DNA of 37,941 nt. It comes from a bacterium (GTDB taxonomy: Bacteria; Arandabacterota; Arandabacteria; Arandabacterales; Arandabacteraceae). Made by a program: the position numbers and the translations under genes. The DNA is taken from the NCBI GenBank assembly GCA_035542695.1, contig DATKKY010000328.1, forward strand, positions 1 through 37,941, read 5' to 3'. Of the stretch, positions 24,930-35,049 are shown piece after piece. Within the stretch, counting starts at the first letter, position 1. Each line of letters starts with the position of its first letter. The notes beneath the pieces are model-generated. The model ran no database searches and had not been told where the DNA came from. It was given only the letters and a program-made list of their open reading frames with translations.

Positions 24930-27665
24930 TTACTTAAGCACCACCATTTTTCGACTGACTGACTTGTCCCCGGACTCGAGCAAGCACCAGTAAACGCCAG
25001 CCGCGACCCTGCGCCCGGCCTGGTCTTGGCCGTTCCACACGACGTCATGCTTGCCGGCATCCAGCTTCTGGTTGACCAGCGCGGCCAGCTCCCGCCCGCG
25101 GACATCATAGATGCCAAGCTTTACATCCGCCGACTTAGGAAGGCTGAAAGCAATCCTGGTCGAGGAGCCGAAAGGATTCGGGGTGTTCTGAGAAAGCATC
25201 AGCTGTCCCACAGAACCCCCGTCCACAACTCCTGCCGCATTGTAGGGTTCGCCGAAGATGTGACGCAGGATGTACTCGCAGTTGGACCTCATCGCTGCAT
25301 GGTTATATCTATACGGCCGTCCCGATATGAAGACGCACTGGCCGCCATCGGGCCTGACCGTGCCCGGCAGCGACGGATGTCGCCACACGCCGAGGCCCCT
25401 GGGCACCGCGAAAAGAGTGAGTTGCACGAAGATGGTCCGGCTCTCACCGCCCACGCTCGAGGTATCGAAAACCGCGTTGTAGGATTGCGTGCCCAGCTTG
25501 GCCATGTCAACCAGCCCGGTGTACACACTGGTCGCCCTGCCCGTGGTGTTCTGCGCCGCCTCAGCCCACTGGATGCCCAGGTACTCCCGCAGGGATTCAT
25601 ACACGAAGTCCTGGCCCATGCGGGTCAAGAGCAGCACGTTGCCGCCTGCCTTGAGATAGCCCATGATCGGGGCGTTATACCATGACGCCAGGTCTCCATC
25701 GTAGTTGTTCCCGATCCAGACCACTGCCGAGAACCGCTTGAGCGTATCCGCCGGGACATCGCCGTGGCCAAGAGGATGAGGCAGATTCGAAGGATAACCG
25801 CCCGACGGAGCAGCGAAAATGTCCCAGAAGCTTATCGGGAGCGATCCCCAGAAGATGCTGTCCGCATAGGCGGTAGTTATCTCCGTCCCGTAGGAGCTCC
25901 ACTCAACGCCATTGACCACCAAGATGCCGCGGTCCAGCCTGGCATCCGCCATGGAACCAGACACCATCCTCAGAATCCACTCATCCTTGTCCAGATCGAC
26001 TTTGGTAGGCTGGTCGTTCACTGCCAGAGTGAACTGCTGCGTGGCGAGCGAGTCTCCGACGACCAAGGTCGTCTCGCCGACTGCCGTGGTCACGGCGATC
26101 CGGATCGGCATATTGAAGACGTAATTCTGCTGGAGCTGGCTGATGTCGAGCGTAATCGAATAGCCTCCGCCGACCGGATCGGAGCTCCAGGAGTACATGT
26201 ACTCCGGGAAGCCTTCCTCGTAAATCCACTCATGGAAGAACTGATGAAGATCGCGGCCCGAGACCTGCTCGCAGATGTCTCTGAATTCCTCGGTGGTGCA
26301 AGAACCATACTCGTACTGACTGGTGTGGTAGGTCTTGAGGATACTGAAGAAGGTGGAATCGCCCACAACGCCGCGGAGCATGTGAAGCACCCACGATGCC
26401 TTATTGTAGCTCAGATTGGAATCAAAGATGCGGTCCCAGTCGGAGAGATCCGGACAATAGATAGTCCCTGGACCCAAGTACTTGGCAGATTGCATCTGCT
26501 GTTCGTAGGCGCTCCAGCCATAGGCGTGCTCGGCCCAAAGGGCTTCTGCGTAGGTGGCAAAGCCCTCGTTGAGCCAGACATGATTGAAGGTCTTGCAGGT
26601 AATCATGTCTCCCCACCACATGTGGGAAAGCTCATGGCAGACTATGTACTCGGCCCAGGCCCCGAGGCTGGTGCAAGTCTGGTGCTCCATGCCGCCGCTC
26701 CAATTGAACTCGGCCTGACCGTATTTCTCGTTGATGAAGGGGTACTGGCCGAAGTAGCCCGCAAAAGCCGTTATCATGTCCGGGACCATGTTGCAGAGCC
26801 CCGTGACCGAACTTACGTGGTCGGGATAGATGAAGTTGCGGATCTCCATCGAGTCGGTCGGCGAGTAGTGGTAGTACCTCGAAAACACTGTGTAAGGATA
26901 TATCGCCACCGATACGAGATAGGTGGCGATGGGGTAGCGCTCCGCCCAGTTATAGGTCTTGGTGCCATCTCCGTTGTCCGTGGTGGACCGTAGCAGCCCG
27001 TTGGAGGCCACGATCAAACTGCTTGGGACCCTTATCGAGATATCAACCGAATCGGCCTTGTCATCCGGGTAATCCTTGCAGGGCCACCAGGAGCGGGCCC
27101 CAAAGGGCTCGCTCAGACTCCAAATCAAGTCCAGCCCGGCGTGAGTGTCGAAACCGAACGCTCCCGCCGAGGAGGACGGCGTGCCGTGGTAGGTAATGTC
27201 GAAGGCGAGGTGCTCGCCGGTCGAGTAGGCCCGGTCCAGCGTAATGGTGAGGATGTCATTGGCATGGGAGTTCGCCAAGAGGCCCCCTCCCACTGCCTTG
27301 ACCGAGTCGACCACCATGTTGGTGTAAAGGTCCACGTCAACCGAAGAGATCGGGCCAGCCACCACCTGAGCCTCCATCCTGACCGTCCCCGAAACTATCT
27401 TCGTGCTGGGAGTCATAGTGAGGTTAAGGTGATAGTAAGAGACATCGTAGGATGCCTGACTGGCCGTCATCTGGGTCTCCCGGGCAGCCATCCTAGCGAA
27501 GAATCTGGCCTTCGCCTGGGCAAGCTGCCTGGACACGTCTCCCATCCTTTCAGGCGGGCCCGAGACAGGCTGGGCGAGGGTGACCCCAGCCCACAAGAGG
27601 GCGGCAAGCGCAACCAATGACCAAGCCCAGCGACGAGCCGAAGCCTCAAAGATCAAGCGGAACAT
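24930..27665 (-). CDS. Secreted M1-family zinc aminopeptidase with an extra alpha/beta-like domain and a FlgD-Ig/T9SS-type CTD
   Basis: Signal peptide; GGMEH (GAMEN-like) at aa 324-328; HELSH at aa 344-348 with NEGFATY 18 residues later (HEXXH-X18-E). CTD: LSQNTPNPFGSSTRIAFSLP..KLGIYDVRGREL..GVYWCLL. Confidence 0.9.
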   Translation of the reverse strand: MFRLIFEASARRWAWSLVALAALLWAGVTLAQPVSGPPERMGDVSRQLAQAKARFFARMAARETQMTASQASYDVSYYHLNLTMTPSTKIVSGTVRMEAQVVAGPISSVDVDLYTNMVVDSVKAVGGGLLANSHANDILTITLDRAYSTGEHLAFDITYHGTPSSSAGAFGFDTHAGLDLIWSLSEPFGARSWWPCKDYPDDKADSVDISIRVPSSLIVASNGLLRSTTDNGDGTKTYNWAERYPIATYLVSVAIYPYTVFSRYYHYSPTDSMEIRNFIYPDHVSSVTGLCNMVPDMITAFAGYFGQYPFINEKYGQAEFNWSGGMEHQTCTSLGAWAEYIVCHELSHMWWGDMITCKTFNHVWLNEGFATYAEALWAEHAYGWSAYEQQMQSAKYLGPGTIYCPDLSDWDRIFDSNLSYNKASWVLHMLRGVVGDSTFFSILKTYHTSQYEYGSCTTEEFRDICEQVSGRDLHQFFHEWIYEEGFPEYMYSWSSDPVGGGYSITLDISQLQQNYVFNMPIRIAVTTAVGETTLVVGDSLATQQFTLAVNDQPTKVDLDKDEWILRMVSGSMADARLDRGILVVNGVEWSSYGTEITTAYADSIFWGSLPISFWDIFAAPSGGYPSNLPHPLGHGDVPADTLKRFSAVVWIGNNYDGDLASWYNAPIMGYLKAGGNVLLLTRMGQDFVYESLREYLGIQWAEAAQNTTGRATSVYTGLVDMAKLGTQSYNAVFDTSSVGGESRTIFVQLTLFAVPRGLGVWRHPSLPGTVRPDGGQCVFISGRPYRYNHAAMRSNCEYILRHIFGEPYNAAGVVDGGSVGQLMLSQNTPNPFGSSTRIAFSLPKSADVKLGIYDVRGRELAALVNQKLDAGKHDVVWNGQDQAGRRVAAGVYWCLLESGDKSVSRKMVVLK

Positions 27666-27845
27666 GTTCTACCCCTTTCCTCGATGCTCCATTGCCGAAT
27701 GCTGCTGCCGACGGCATGCTACCTTGGCAGGTACACAGCCGCTACGCTCCGTACTTCAGGTGTTCAGATTGACCGCATTTACTCTATTTTACCAAAAAAG
27801 GGGCGCGTCCGCAATGAGGCTTATTCCGCAGGGTGCGGGGGCATG

Positions 27846-27874
27846 TTGACCGGCGTGCGCGGGTCTGGTAGCAT
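27846..27874 (+). promoter_or_regulatory. Candidate promoter for the PaaK-like ligase gene
   Basis: TTGACC (27846-27851), 17-nt spacer, TAGCAT (27869-27874). Confidence 0.3.
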
Positions 27875-27912
27875 ACCTGGCCGGAGTCGTGGACCGGCCA
27901 GAGGAAAAGCGT

Positions 27913-29280
27913 GTGAATCCCACATTGGTCAGGAAGGCAATCTATCCGGCCTATCGGGCCGCAAAGCGGGATAAGGTGCTCTCCCTTGGCGCTCGGATGC
28001 GCCAAGTCGCAGGGATGGAGGCCGAGCAAATCCAGCAGTATCAGTGGGAAAGCGTGCAGCGCCTTATCACCTATGCAGCCCAGCACGTGCCTTACTATCG
28101 CAAGTTGTTCGCCGACCTGGGCGTTCAGGTGAGGGATTTCAAGCAGCTCGCCGACATCACCGCTCTGCCCGTGCTCCGCAAGCGGGACATCCGGGACAAC
28201 TTCAAGGATCTGCAATCCGAGATCTACCCGAGGGAGCGCCTCCGCTATGACAGCACAGGCGGCTCCACCGGTCACAACCTCTACTTCTACTATGACCAGG
28301 CATCGTCGGAGGCCCGGCGCGCGGCCTACGTCGAAATGAATGAATGGATAGGGATCCACATTGGCGACCGCACGGCATACCTATGGGGAACGGCTTTCGA
28401 TGCCTCAAGCTCCGCCAAGATCAAGCACTGGATAAAGGCCCAGTTCACCAACGAACTGATGCTGTCGGCGTACACCATGGACCCGGTGAGCGTCGAGCTA
28501 TACACCAGGAGACTCTCGCAGTTCAGACCTCGGGCGATTGTCAGCTACCCCTCAGCGCTCGCTCATTTCGCTCAATCCGCCAAGGCAAGCGGCAAGACCT
28601 TGTTCAGACCTTCGGTGGTCGTAGTCTCGGGTGAGACTCTGTTTGACTGGCAGAGGGAAACGATTGAAGAGGCTTTTGGAGCTAAGGTGTACAACCATTA
28701 TGGCTGCCGCGAATTCGGCGCCATGGCGAGGGAGTGCCGGATACGCGACGGGCTGCACCTGGCCAGCGACCGGCTGCTCGTCGAGGTTGTCCCCGCCGCC
28801 AGATCATCCAGCGGAGAGGAGATAAGCGAACTGGTGGTCACTGACCTTGACAACTACGGCATGCCCTTCATCAGATATGCGATCGAAGATGTGGGCGAGA
28901 TCACCTGGGAGAGGTGCGCGTGCGGGCTCCGCCTCCCGAGGCTTCGGAGCGCCATCGGCAGGACTCTCGACGTGGTCAGGGCTCCCAACGGCAACTTCCT
29001 GGGAGGCACCTTCTGGACGATCCTGTTGCGCAAGGTCAAGGGGGTCGCGCAGTTCCAGGTGATCCAGGACAAGCTTGACTCGGTCACCATTGCGATCGTT
29101 CCAACGCCCGAGTTCTCGGATGATAGCCGCTCTTACGTCCTCAGCAAGATCCGCGAAGCCTGTGGTCCCGGGCTCGTAGTGCACTTCGACCTAAAGGATA
29201 AACTTGAGACCACCGGCGCCGGCAAGCACCGCTTCGTGATTTCCCGCATCGGACTCGGTCCCAACCCCACCCATAAGTAA
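27913..29280 (+). CDS. Phenylacetate-CoA ligase family adenylate-forming enzyme (PaaK/CapK/F390-synthetase-like)
   Basis: YDSTGGSTG (AMP-binding P-loop-like motif), NHYGCREFG and VTDL.NYGMPFIRY. A GTG start at 27913 follows GAGGA by 7 nt. The alternative GTG at 27889 would be nearly leaderless. Confidence 0.75.
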   Translation: MNPTLVRKAIYPAYRAAKRDKVLSLGARMRQVAGMEAEQIQQYQWESVQRLITYAAQHVPYYRKLFADLGVQVRDFKQLADITALPVLRKRDIRDNFKDLQSEIYPRERLRYDSTGGSTGHNLYFYYDQASSEARRAAYVEMNEWIGIHIGDRTAYLWGTAFDASSSAKIKHWIKAQFTNELMLSAYTMDPVSVELYTRRLSQFRPRAIVSYPSALAHFAQSAKASGKTLFRPSVVVVSGETLFDWQRETIEEAFGAKVYNHYGCREFGAMARECRIRDGLHLASDRLLVEVVPAARSSSGEEISELVVTDLDNYGMPFIRYAIEDVGEITWERCACGLRLPRLRSAIGRTLDVVRAPNGNFLGGTFWTILLRKVKGVAQFQVIQDKLDSVTIAIVPTPEFSDDSRSYVLSKIREACGPGLVVHFDLKDKLETTGAGKHRFVISRIGLGPNPTHK

Positions 29281-29442
29281 GAGCCAGGCGAGATCCGGTG
29301 ACCCGGCACGAATTGCATCCCAGGGGCCTTTGTCGATGCCCTCCCCCGCGGTTCCCAGGGTTTGCGGGGCGCCGCAGCATGTATTATGATCAACTATATT
29401 GACCCTGTGATCGACTGATGAGCTGGGCCAGGAGTATCCGTC

Positions 29443-31482
29443 ATGCACACCCCCGGGAATCGGGTTTTGTCGGTGAGCTTGAGCCGACTTTGCGTGCTCT
29501 TGATAGCTGTCTTGGGAAGTTCGGTCCAGGGCTGGTGCGCCGGCGATACGCTCACCGTGATCCAGCGCCCGCTGCTCAACATCCCGGCCATAGTGCGGGC
29601 TGGGGACACTCTGAATATTCAGTGCGAAGCCCCCTCCGGCACTTCCAATTGGGCGGCCGAGCTGATCCATGGGAAGAGCCTGGTGCCCTTAGCAGTCCTC
29701 GAGTCCACTTACGACCCTTCCACGCTCTGGTGGGACCTTAAGGCCAGGGTGCCCGCGGTCCGGCTGTACGAGCTGTATGATCTTGCCGTTGCCGCAAGCG
29801 GTGGGACCCAGGACACCACGCGCAATGCCGTCCGGGTGATCCCCGAATTCAAGAACGATTATTACTTCGTCCACATCACCGATCCTCATCTGCCGACTCA
29901 CCGGTACTACTATGAGGCCGGAGCCGAGACCGACTCCTCCTCGATGGTGGATCTCCGGGAAGTGATCAAGGATGTGAACATCATAAATCCGGAGTTTGTG
30001 CTGCTGACCGGCGACCTGGTCAATGAAGGTGAGCTGGAGGACTACCTGGACAGGCACTATTTCAGCCGGGCCCAGCGCCTGCTCACCGAGTTCCAGGTAC
30101 CGGTTTATCTTACAGCCGGCAACCACGATCTCGGCGGCTGGTACGCCACGCCGCCCCCTGACGGGACGGCCCGTCGCACCTGGTGGAGATTCTTTGGCTG
30201 GCAACGTCTGTCGAGCCCACCGTCAGGAGCTCCCTGGTACACGCAGGACTACAGCTTCGACTACGGACCGGTGCACTATGTTGGCCTGGAAGCCTACATC
30301 AACTACGACATGTGGCGGTCCGACATCTATGGCGGCCAGAGTTTCACCCAGGCGCAAATGAACTGGCTCGCCGGCGATCTGGCAGCTGCATCGGGAAGCT
30401 TGGCTCGGGTATTGTTCTACCACTACGATTTCTCGAGGCAGATCAACCCGGGGAGCCTGGGAATCCAGATGACGCTTGCCGGACATACCCACAGCGATGA
30501 GAACGACTTCCTGCCTCCCTACAACATCATCACGCGGAGCGTGTGCGACGGCAACCGGGCTTACAGGCTGGTGCGGGTATCCGGTGGTGTCCTCCATCCT
30601 TCGTTTACCATGACCGCCGGGTCCACTGGCGCCAATCTCAACGTCACTTACGCCCCAGCCAACGACGGGACCAACTCCAGCGTCACCGCCAATATCACCA
30701 ACAACCTCCCTGAGCACTTCGAGCATTCCCAGCTGCGTTTCGTGATGCCGGCTCAGAAGGGATACTACGATGTGGCCGGCGGGACCTTGCTTCAGGTGGA
30801 CGATTCCGGACCCAACCGGGTCTGCTATGTCGGGGTTGACATTCTGGCTTCCTCGTCGCAGACCGTGTCCATCACGCTGGACACCACGGACCGTGAAGCT
30901 CCCCAGGTCACGGTCACCTCTCCCAATGGAGGCGAGATCTGGGACGCGGGCTCGGCTCACGTGATTGCCTGGACGGCCTCCGACGACATCGGCGTCACCT
31001 CGGTGAGCATAGTGCTTTCCCTTGACGGCGGGCTCACCTTCAGCGACACGCTGGCCACGGAGGCGGGCGATGAAAGCACCTACACCTGGACCGTGAACGC
31101 TGATCCCACAACTGCGGCCCGCATCAAGGTGATCGCCCGCGACGGCGCGGACCATACGGGGGAAGACACCGGAAACGGGGATTTCGAGATTCGCCAGGCT
31201 GCTACCAGCGTACCCGGGACCCTGGTGATTGCCGGGACGGCTCCCAACCCGTTCAGCGGACATGCGACCATAAGATTCGGACTGCCGCGTGACGGGGTCG
31301 CCGAGATCGACCTTTACGACGTGGCCGGCCATTTTGTTATGAACCTCGTCAGGAGCCCGTACTCGGCCGGATACCATGAGATTGGCTGGGACACCGGTAA
31401 TGCCGTCGGCGCCGGCGTTTACATCCTGAGACTCAAGCTGGGACGGGACACGGCCACGGCGAAGACCGTGATACCGGGATAA
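29443..31482 (+). CDS. Secreted calcineurin-like metallophosphoesterase with an Ig-like region and a FlgD-Ig/T9SS-type CTD
   Basis: Signal peptide. Motifs FVHITDPHL, LTGDLVNEG, TAGNHD and LAGHTHSD. CTD: AGTAPNPFSGHATIRFGLP..IDLYDVAGH..GVYILRL. Confidence 0.85.
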   Translation: MHTPGNRVLSVSLSRLCVLLIAVLGSSVQGWCAGDTLTVIQRPLLNIPAIVRAGDTLNIQCEAPSGTSNWAAELIHGKSLVPLAVLESTYDPSTLWWDLKARVPAVRLYELYDLAVAASGGTQDTTRNAVRVIPEFKNDYYFVHITDPHLPTHRYYYEAGAETDSSSMVDLREVIKDVNIINPEFVLLTGDLVNEGELEDYLDRHYFSRAQRLLTEFQVPVYLTAGNHDLGGWYATPPPDGTARRTWWRFFGWQRLSSPPSGAPWYTQDYSFDYGPVHYVGLEAYINYDMWRSDIYGGQSFTQAQMNWLAGDLAAASGSLARVLFYHYDFSRQINPGSLGIQMTLAGHTHSDENDFLPPYNIITRSVCDGNRAYRLVRVSGGVLHPSFTMTAGSTGANLNVTYAPANDGTNSSVTANITNNLPEHFEHSQLRFVMPAQKGYYDVAGGTLLQVDDSGPNRVCYVGVDILASSSQTVSITLDTTDREAPQVTVTSPNGGEIWDAGSAHVIAWTASDDIGVTSVSIVLSLDGGLTFSDTLATEAGDESTYTWTVNADPTTAARIKVIARDGADHTGEDTGNGDFEIRQAATSVPGTLVIAGTAPNPFSGHATIRFGLPRDGVAEIDLYDVAGHFVMNLVRSPYSAGYHEIGWDTGNAVGAGVYILRLKLGRDTATAKTVIPG

Positions 31483-31524
31483 CTTCCTAGCGGCGTGGCC
31501 TCAAGACGGATGGCCTGAAGAGGC

Positions 31525-32322
31525 TTAGGTCTGCTTCCTGATCTTCCTCGCAAAAGCAAGATAATCCTTGAAGGAAGGGTCACGGCCCAGCAGAGCCCGC
31601 ACGGCGATGCGCTCCGCCACAATCTCCCGATCCAACGGGTCAAGAATCGCGGCGTCCAAACCCCTCATCGAGGCAAGCGCCAGCAAGGCCCGGTTGAGCA
31701 GGCGCCGCTGGGGAAGTCCGAAGGATACATTGCTGATCCCGGCTACTGTCCCAACCTGGGGAAAACGCTGCTTGATCCGATCGAGGGAGTCCAGGAAGAG
31801 CGTGACGGCCTGCTCATCGACACTGACGGGCCTGACCAAGGGATCAAGGAAGATGTCATGGGCAGCAACCCCGGCCCTGGTCAAGACTTCGATCAGGCGA
31901 CCGGCAATTGCTACCTCCTGCTCGGCGGTGGTGGGGATACCTTGATCATCAAGGCACAGAGCAATCACCCGCGGCCTGTGCTCTTGGATGAGCGGCAGGA
32001 ACCGCCGCACCCGCTCGGTCTCGCCAGTCAAGGAGTTGAGGAGCGCCTGCCCCTTGTGAAGCCTGAGGCCGGCTTCCATGGCTTCCAAGTTGGGAGTATC
32101 GATTGAGAGCGGCACCCTGAGCTTGCCCTGAACGAGCGGGATGATCCACGTCAAGACCTCAGTCTCACGACCCAGCACGGCTGCCGCATTGATATCTATG
32201 TAGTCGGCTCCGGCTCGCTCCTGAGCCGCGGCTTCCTTCAGAACGTATGCGGCGTTCCGGTCACGCAAGGCCTCCAGAACCGGCCGCCGGCTCGAGTTCA
32301 GTCGCTCGCCTATGATGATCAC
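31525..32322 (-). CDS. Stand-alone pterin-binding domain protein (methyltetrahydrofolate methyltransferase, AcsE / MetH-folate-domain-like)
   Basis: The N-terminus (M)IIIGERLNSS...AGADYIDINA is the hallmark start of MeTr/MetH pterin-binding barrels. GTG start 15 nt after the upstream stop. Confidence 0.8.
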   Translation of the reverse strand: MIIIGERLNSSRRPVLEALRDRNAAYVLKEAAAQERAGADYIDINAAAVLGRETEVLTWIIPLVQGKLRVPLSIDTPNLEAMEAGLRLHKGQALLNSLTGETERVRRFLPLIQEHRPRVIALCLDDQGIPTTAEQEVAIAGRLIEVLTRAGVAAHDIFLDPLVRPVSVDEQAVTLFLDSLDRIKQRFPQVGTVAGISNVSFGLPQRRLLNRALLALASMRGLDAAILDPLDREIVAERIAVRALLGRDPSFKDYLAFARKIRKQT

Positions 32323-32337
32323 GGTCCCACCCGGCGC

Positions 32338-34179
32338 TTACAGCGCCTCCAGCACCTCGGTCACTATGTCGTACTTGCCCAACGGCGGACTTATCTGGAT
32401 GCCTTGCACCATTCCCTTCACGGCTTGGAGCGTTTCGCGGGCAATCGCTATGCCTTCCCGTCGCGCAGCCTCGGGGCCAGCATCCTGTGCCTTCCTCATT
32501 CGCTCCATGGTCGCGGGTGGGACCCGTGCCCCAGGCACTTCGTTGTGCATGAACTCAGCATTTCTGAGGCTGGCCAGCGGCCAGATGCCTGCCAAGACCG
32601 GAATCCTCTGGCGATCAATTCGCCTGAGAAACTGCTCGAGCAAACCCAAGTCGAAAACCGGCTGAGTGATCGCGAATTCCGCACCGGCCCCGACCTTGGC
32701 CTCAAAGCGCGCGATCTCGTGGTCGAGGTCGATCGCCCCGGGATTGGCTCCGACACCAACCAGGAAGCTGGTGGGCGGCGAGAGCCGACGCCCACCGACG
32801 TCGATCCCTTTGTTGAGACAGGCCACCATGCCCACCAAGCCGATCGAATCCACATCGAAGATGGCTGTGGCATCCGGATAGTCGCCCAGCTTGGGAGGAT
32901 CGCCGGTCACGACCAGCAGATTCCTTATGCCCTGGGCATACATGCCCAGCAAATCCGATTGCATACCCAGCAGGTTGCGATCACGGCAAGTATAATGGAG
33001 CAGCGGCTCCATCTTGGCCCGTTCGAGCAGGATGCACGCAAGAATCATGGAGCTCATGCGGGCGCTCGCCCGGGGCCCATCAGGTATGTTGACACAATCG
33101 ATGCCTCGCTCTTTGAGTGCCCGAGCTGTCTCCACGGCTCCGGTGGGATCTGGCCCTCGGGGAGGCACCACCTCCACGCTGACCACGAAGCCGCCTCCAG
33201 CCAGCTTCCGGCCGAGCTCGGACTTGTCCTCAAGTGCTATCCGAGGCTGCTCAGGCTTGGGCTCGGCGACGGCCGCAAGGTGGACCAGCTTCCGCCGGGT
33301 CGGCTGGAGAGCCTTTATCGCAGCCCTCATAGCCTTGGTATGAGCAGGTGTAGTACCGCAGCAACCACCCACGATCTTGACGCCGCTCAGGATGAATCGT
33401 TTGGCGTACTCGGCCATGTACTCCGGCGAGCACAGGTAGATGTTCCTCCCTTCCACTTCCCGAGGCACCCCGGCGTTCGGCATTGCGGAGAGCGGCAGCT
33501 CCGTGACCTTGGCCATTTTCTCAATGCACTCATACATGTGGGCCGGCCCCACGCTGCAGTTGACTCCGACGACGTTGGCTCCCCACTCTTCGAGCTTGCC
33601 CGTGAAGACTTCGGGCGTGGTGCCATAGAGGCTATTGCCGTCGTCTTCGATGGTCATCTCGGCGACGATCACGGCGTCCCGGTCAAGCCCCCGAACAGTC
33701 TTGATCGCCTGATGAATCTCGTTGAGATCCGAGAAAGTCTCGAGAATCAGAAAATCCACTCCGCCTTCGATAAGCGCCTGCGCCTGCTCGGCGAAGGCGG
33801 CCTTGGCGTCCGTGACCGAAAGATGGCCCCAGGGCTCGATCTTGACCCCCAGCGGACCGATCGAACCGGCGACCAGCACTGTTGCCCCGGCCTCGCTCCG
33901 GGCCAGATGGGCGCCCGCGCGGTTCACCTCGGCGACCTTGCTCTCAAGTCCGAAGCCTCGCAGCTTGTGCCGATTGGCACCGAAGGTGTTGGTCTCGATG
34001 ATGTCCGCGCCGGCCGCGACATATGCTCGGTGGACTTCCGCGACTAGATCGGGATTGGCGAGATTGAGCTCATCGAAGCAGCAGTTGAGATAGACACCTT
34101 TGGAGTAGAGCATGGTGCCCATGGCACCGTCCGCGAGGAGCACACGCTCGGCGAGCAGGTCCAGCAGTCGTCTGTCTAT
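32338..34179 (-). CDS. Bifunctional homocysteine S-methyltransferase / 5,10-methylenetetrahydrofolate reductase (YitJ-like)
   Basis: Hcy domain: LLADGAMGTMLY, ADIIETNTF, VGVNCS and VGGCCGTTPAH (Zn Cys ligands). MTHFR domain: VSVEVVPPRG, LLHYTCRDRN and NLLVVTGDPP. The conservative start is GTG 34143. Homology-like sequence (IDRRLLDLLAER) continues upstream to an ATA at 34179 that has a perfect SD, so the start is unresolved. Confidence 0.85.
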   Translation of the reverse strand: MDRRLLDLLAERVLLADGAMGTMLYSKGVYLNCCFDELNLANPDLVAEVHRAYVAAGADIIETNTFGANRHKLRGFGLESKVAEVNRAGAHLARSEAGATVLVAGSIGPLGVKIEPWGHLSVTDAKAAFAEQAQALIEGGVDFLILETFSDLNEIHQAIKTVRGLDRDAVIVAEMTIEDDGNSLYGTTPEVFTGKLEEWGANVVGVNCSVGPAHMYECIEKMAKVTELPLSAMPNAGVPREVEGRNIYLCSPEYMAEYAKRFILSGVKIVGGCCGTTPAHTKAMRAAIKALQPTRRKLVHLAAVAEPKPEQPRIALEDKSELGRKLAGGGFVVSVEVVPPRGPDPTGAVETARALKERGIDCVNIPDGPRASARMSSMILACILLERAKMEPLLHYTCRDRNLLGMQSDLLGMYAQGIRNLLVVTGDPPKLGDYPDATAIFDVDSIGLVGMVACLNKGIDVGGRRLSPPTSFLVGVGANPGAIDLDHEIARFEAKVGAGAEFAITQPVFDLGLLEQFLRRIDRQRIPVLAGIWPLASLRNAEFMHNEVPGARVPPATMERMRKAQDAGPEAARREGIAIARETLQAVKGMVQGIQISPPLGKYDIVTEVLEAL

Positions 34180-34233
34180 GGCGCACCTCCTCGCGGCTTG
34201 GCCGAGCCCTCAACTATCCAAGCCTGTCTTCCC

Positions 34234-35010
34234 TCACCGCAGGAAGATCCGCTCGGGATCAACGACGTCCCTGAGGATGCGGATCTCTTCCGCGGTGGGC
34301 TTCTCGGTTTCTGTCGCCCGGGAAATCTCGAGGGCAAATCCCGTCGCGTCGCTGACGCCCTCCGGCGTGAGGCCAGGGTGATAGGAAGCTAAGTAAGCAC
34401 GCCGGGTCTTGTCGTCAAATCGCAGAATGCCCATGGTGGTTACAATGGCAGCCGGCCCACCCCAATCGAGGCTGGAGCGTTTGCGCCCGTCAGCGCCATC
34501 AATCCATCCTGGGCTGGTAATGTAGTCAACCCGCTCGGGCAGCCGCCGCTTCTCGTGCCGCGCCATGATCACAGTCCGCTTGGACAAGCAGGCGATGTCG
34601 CCGGAGCCGCCGCTCCCGGTGAAGCGCACCGCCGGCCGGTGATAATCGCCGATCGCGGTCGCGTTGATGTTGCCGTAGGCATCGATCTGAGCGCCGCTTA
34701 AGAAACCGACGTCAACGTGGCCCGCTTGGAGAATGGTCGTGAAGATCTCGAACAACCCACCGGCTGTGGACGCCAGTCTCATCGCGCGGCAATCACCCAC
34801 CGACATGGGGAGATGTTTAAGCTGGGAATCCACGGTGCCGGCCTCGAAGATGATCACGCACTTGGGAGCATGGGTGTGCTGGGCCAGCATCGAACCGAGC
34901 ATGGGGAGCCCGGTCCCCGCAAAGACGATCTCCTTGTCCTTGATCTCACGCGCCGCCGAGACCGCCATCAATTCGGTCAGAGTGTAATCGTCGGAGTATT
35001 TTCGGGTCAT
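34234..35010 (-). CDS. CoA-transferase subunit B (family I, glutaconate/3-oxoacid CoA-transferase-like)
   Basis: 258 aa; ..VFAGTGLPML.., IIFEAGTV (active-site Glu region) and GAQIDAYGNIN. AAGGAGA SD. Confidence 0.8.
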   Translation of the reverse strand: MTRKYSDDYTLTELMAVSAAREIKDKEIVFAGTGLPMLGSMLAQHTHAPKCVIIFEAGTVDSQLKHLPMSVGDCRAMRLASTAGGLFEIFTTILQAGHVDVGFLSGAQIDAYGNINATAIGDYHRPAVRFTGSGGSGDIACLSKRTVIMARHEKRRLPERVDYITSPGWIDGADGRKRSSLDWGGPAAIVTTMGILRFDDKTRRAYLASYHPGLTPEGVSDATGFALEISRATETEKPTAEEIRILRDVVDPERIFLR

Positions 35011-35049
35011 CTACAGGTCTCCTTGCTGGGATCTCGTCATCGGGATTGC

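Noticed and set aside
25764-26993. 409-aa ORF on the plus strand
   Set aside because: It is antisense to the M1 peptidase gene, whose HEXXH-E motifs make the minus-strand frame unambiguous.
30223-31377. 384-aa ORF on the minus strand
   Set aside because: It is antisense to the metallophosphoesterase gene and has shadow-ORF composition.
32404-34047. 547-aa ORF on the plus strand
   Set aside because: It is antisense to the YitJ-like gene, whose Zn-Cys and MTHFR motifs fix the coding strand.
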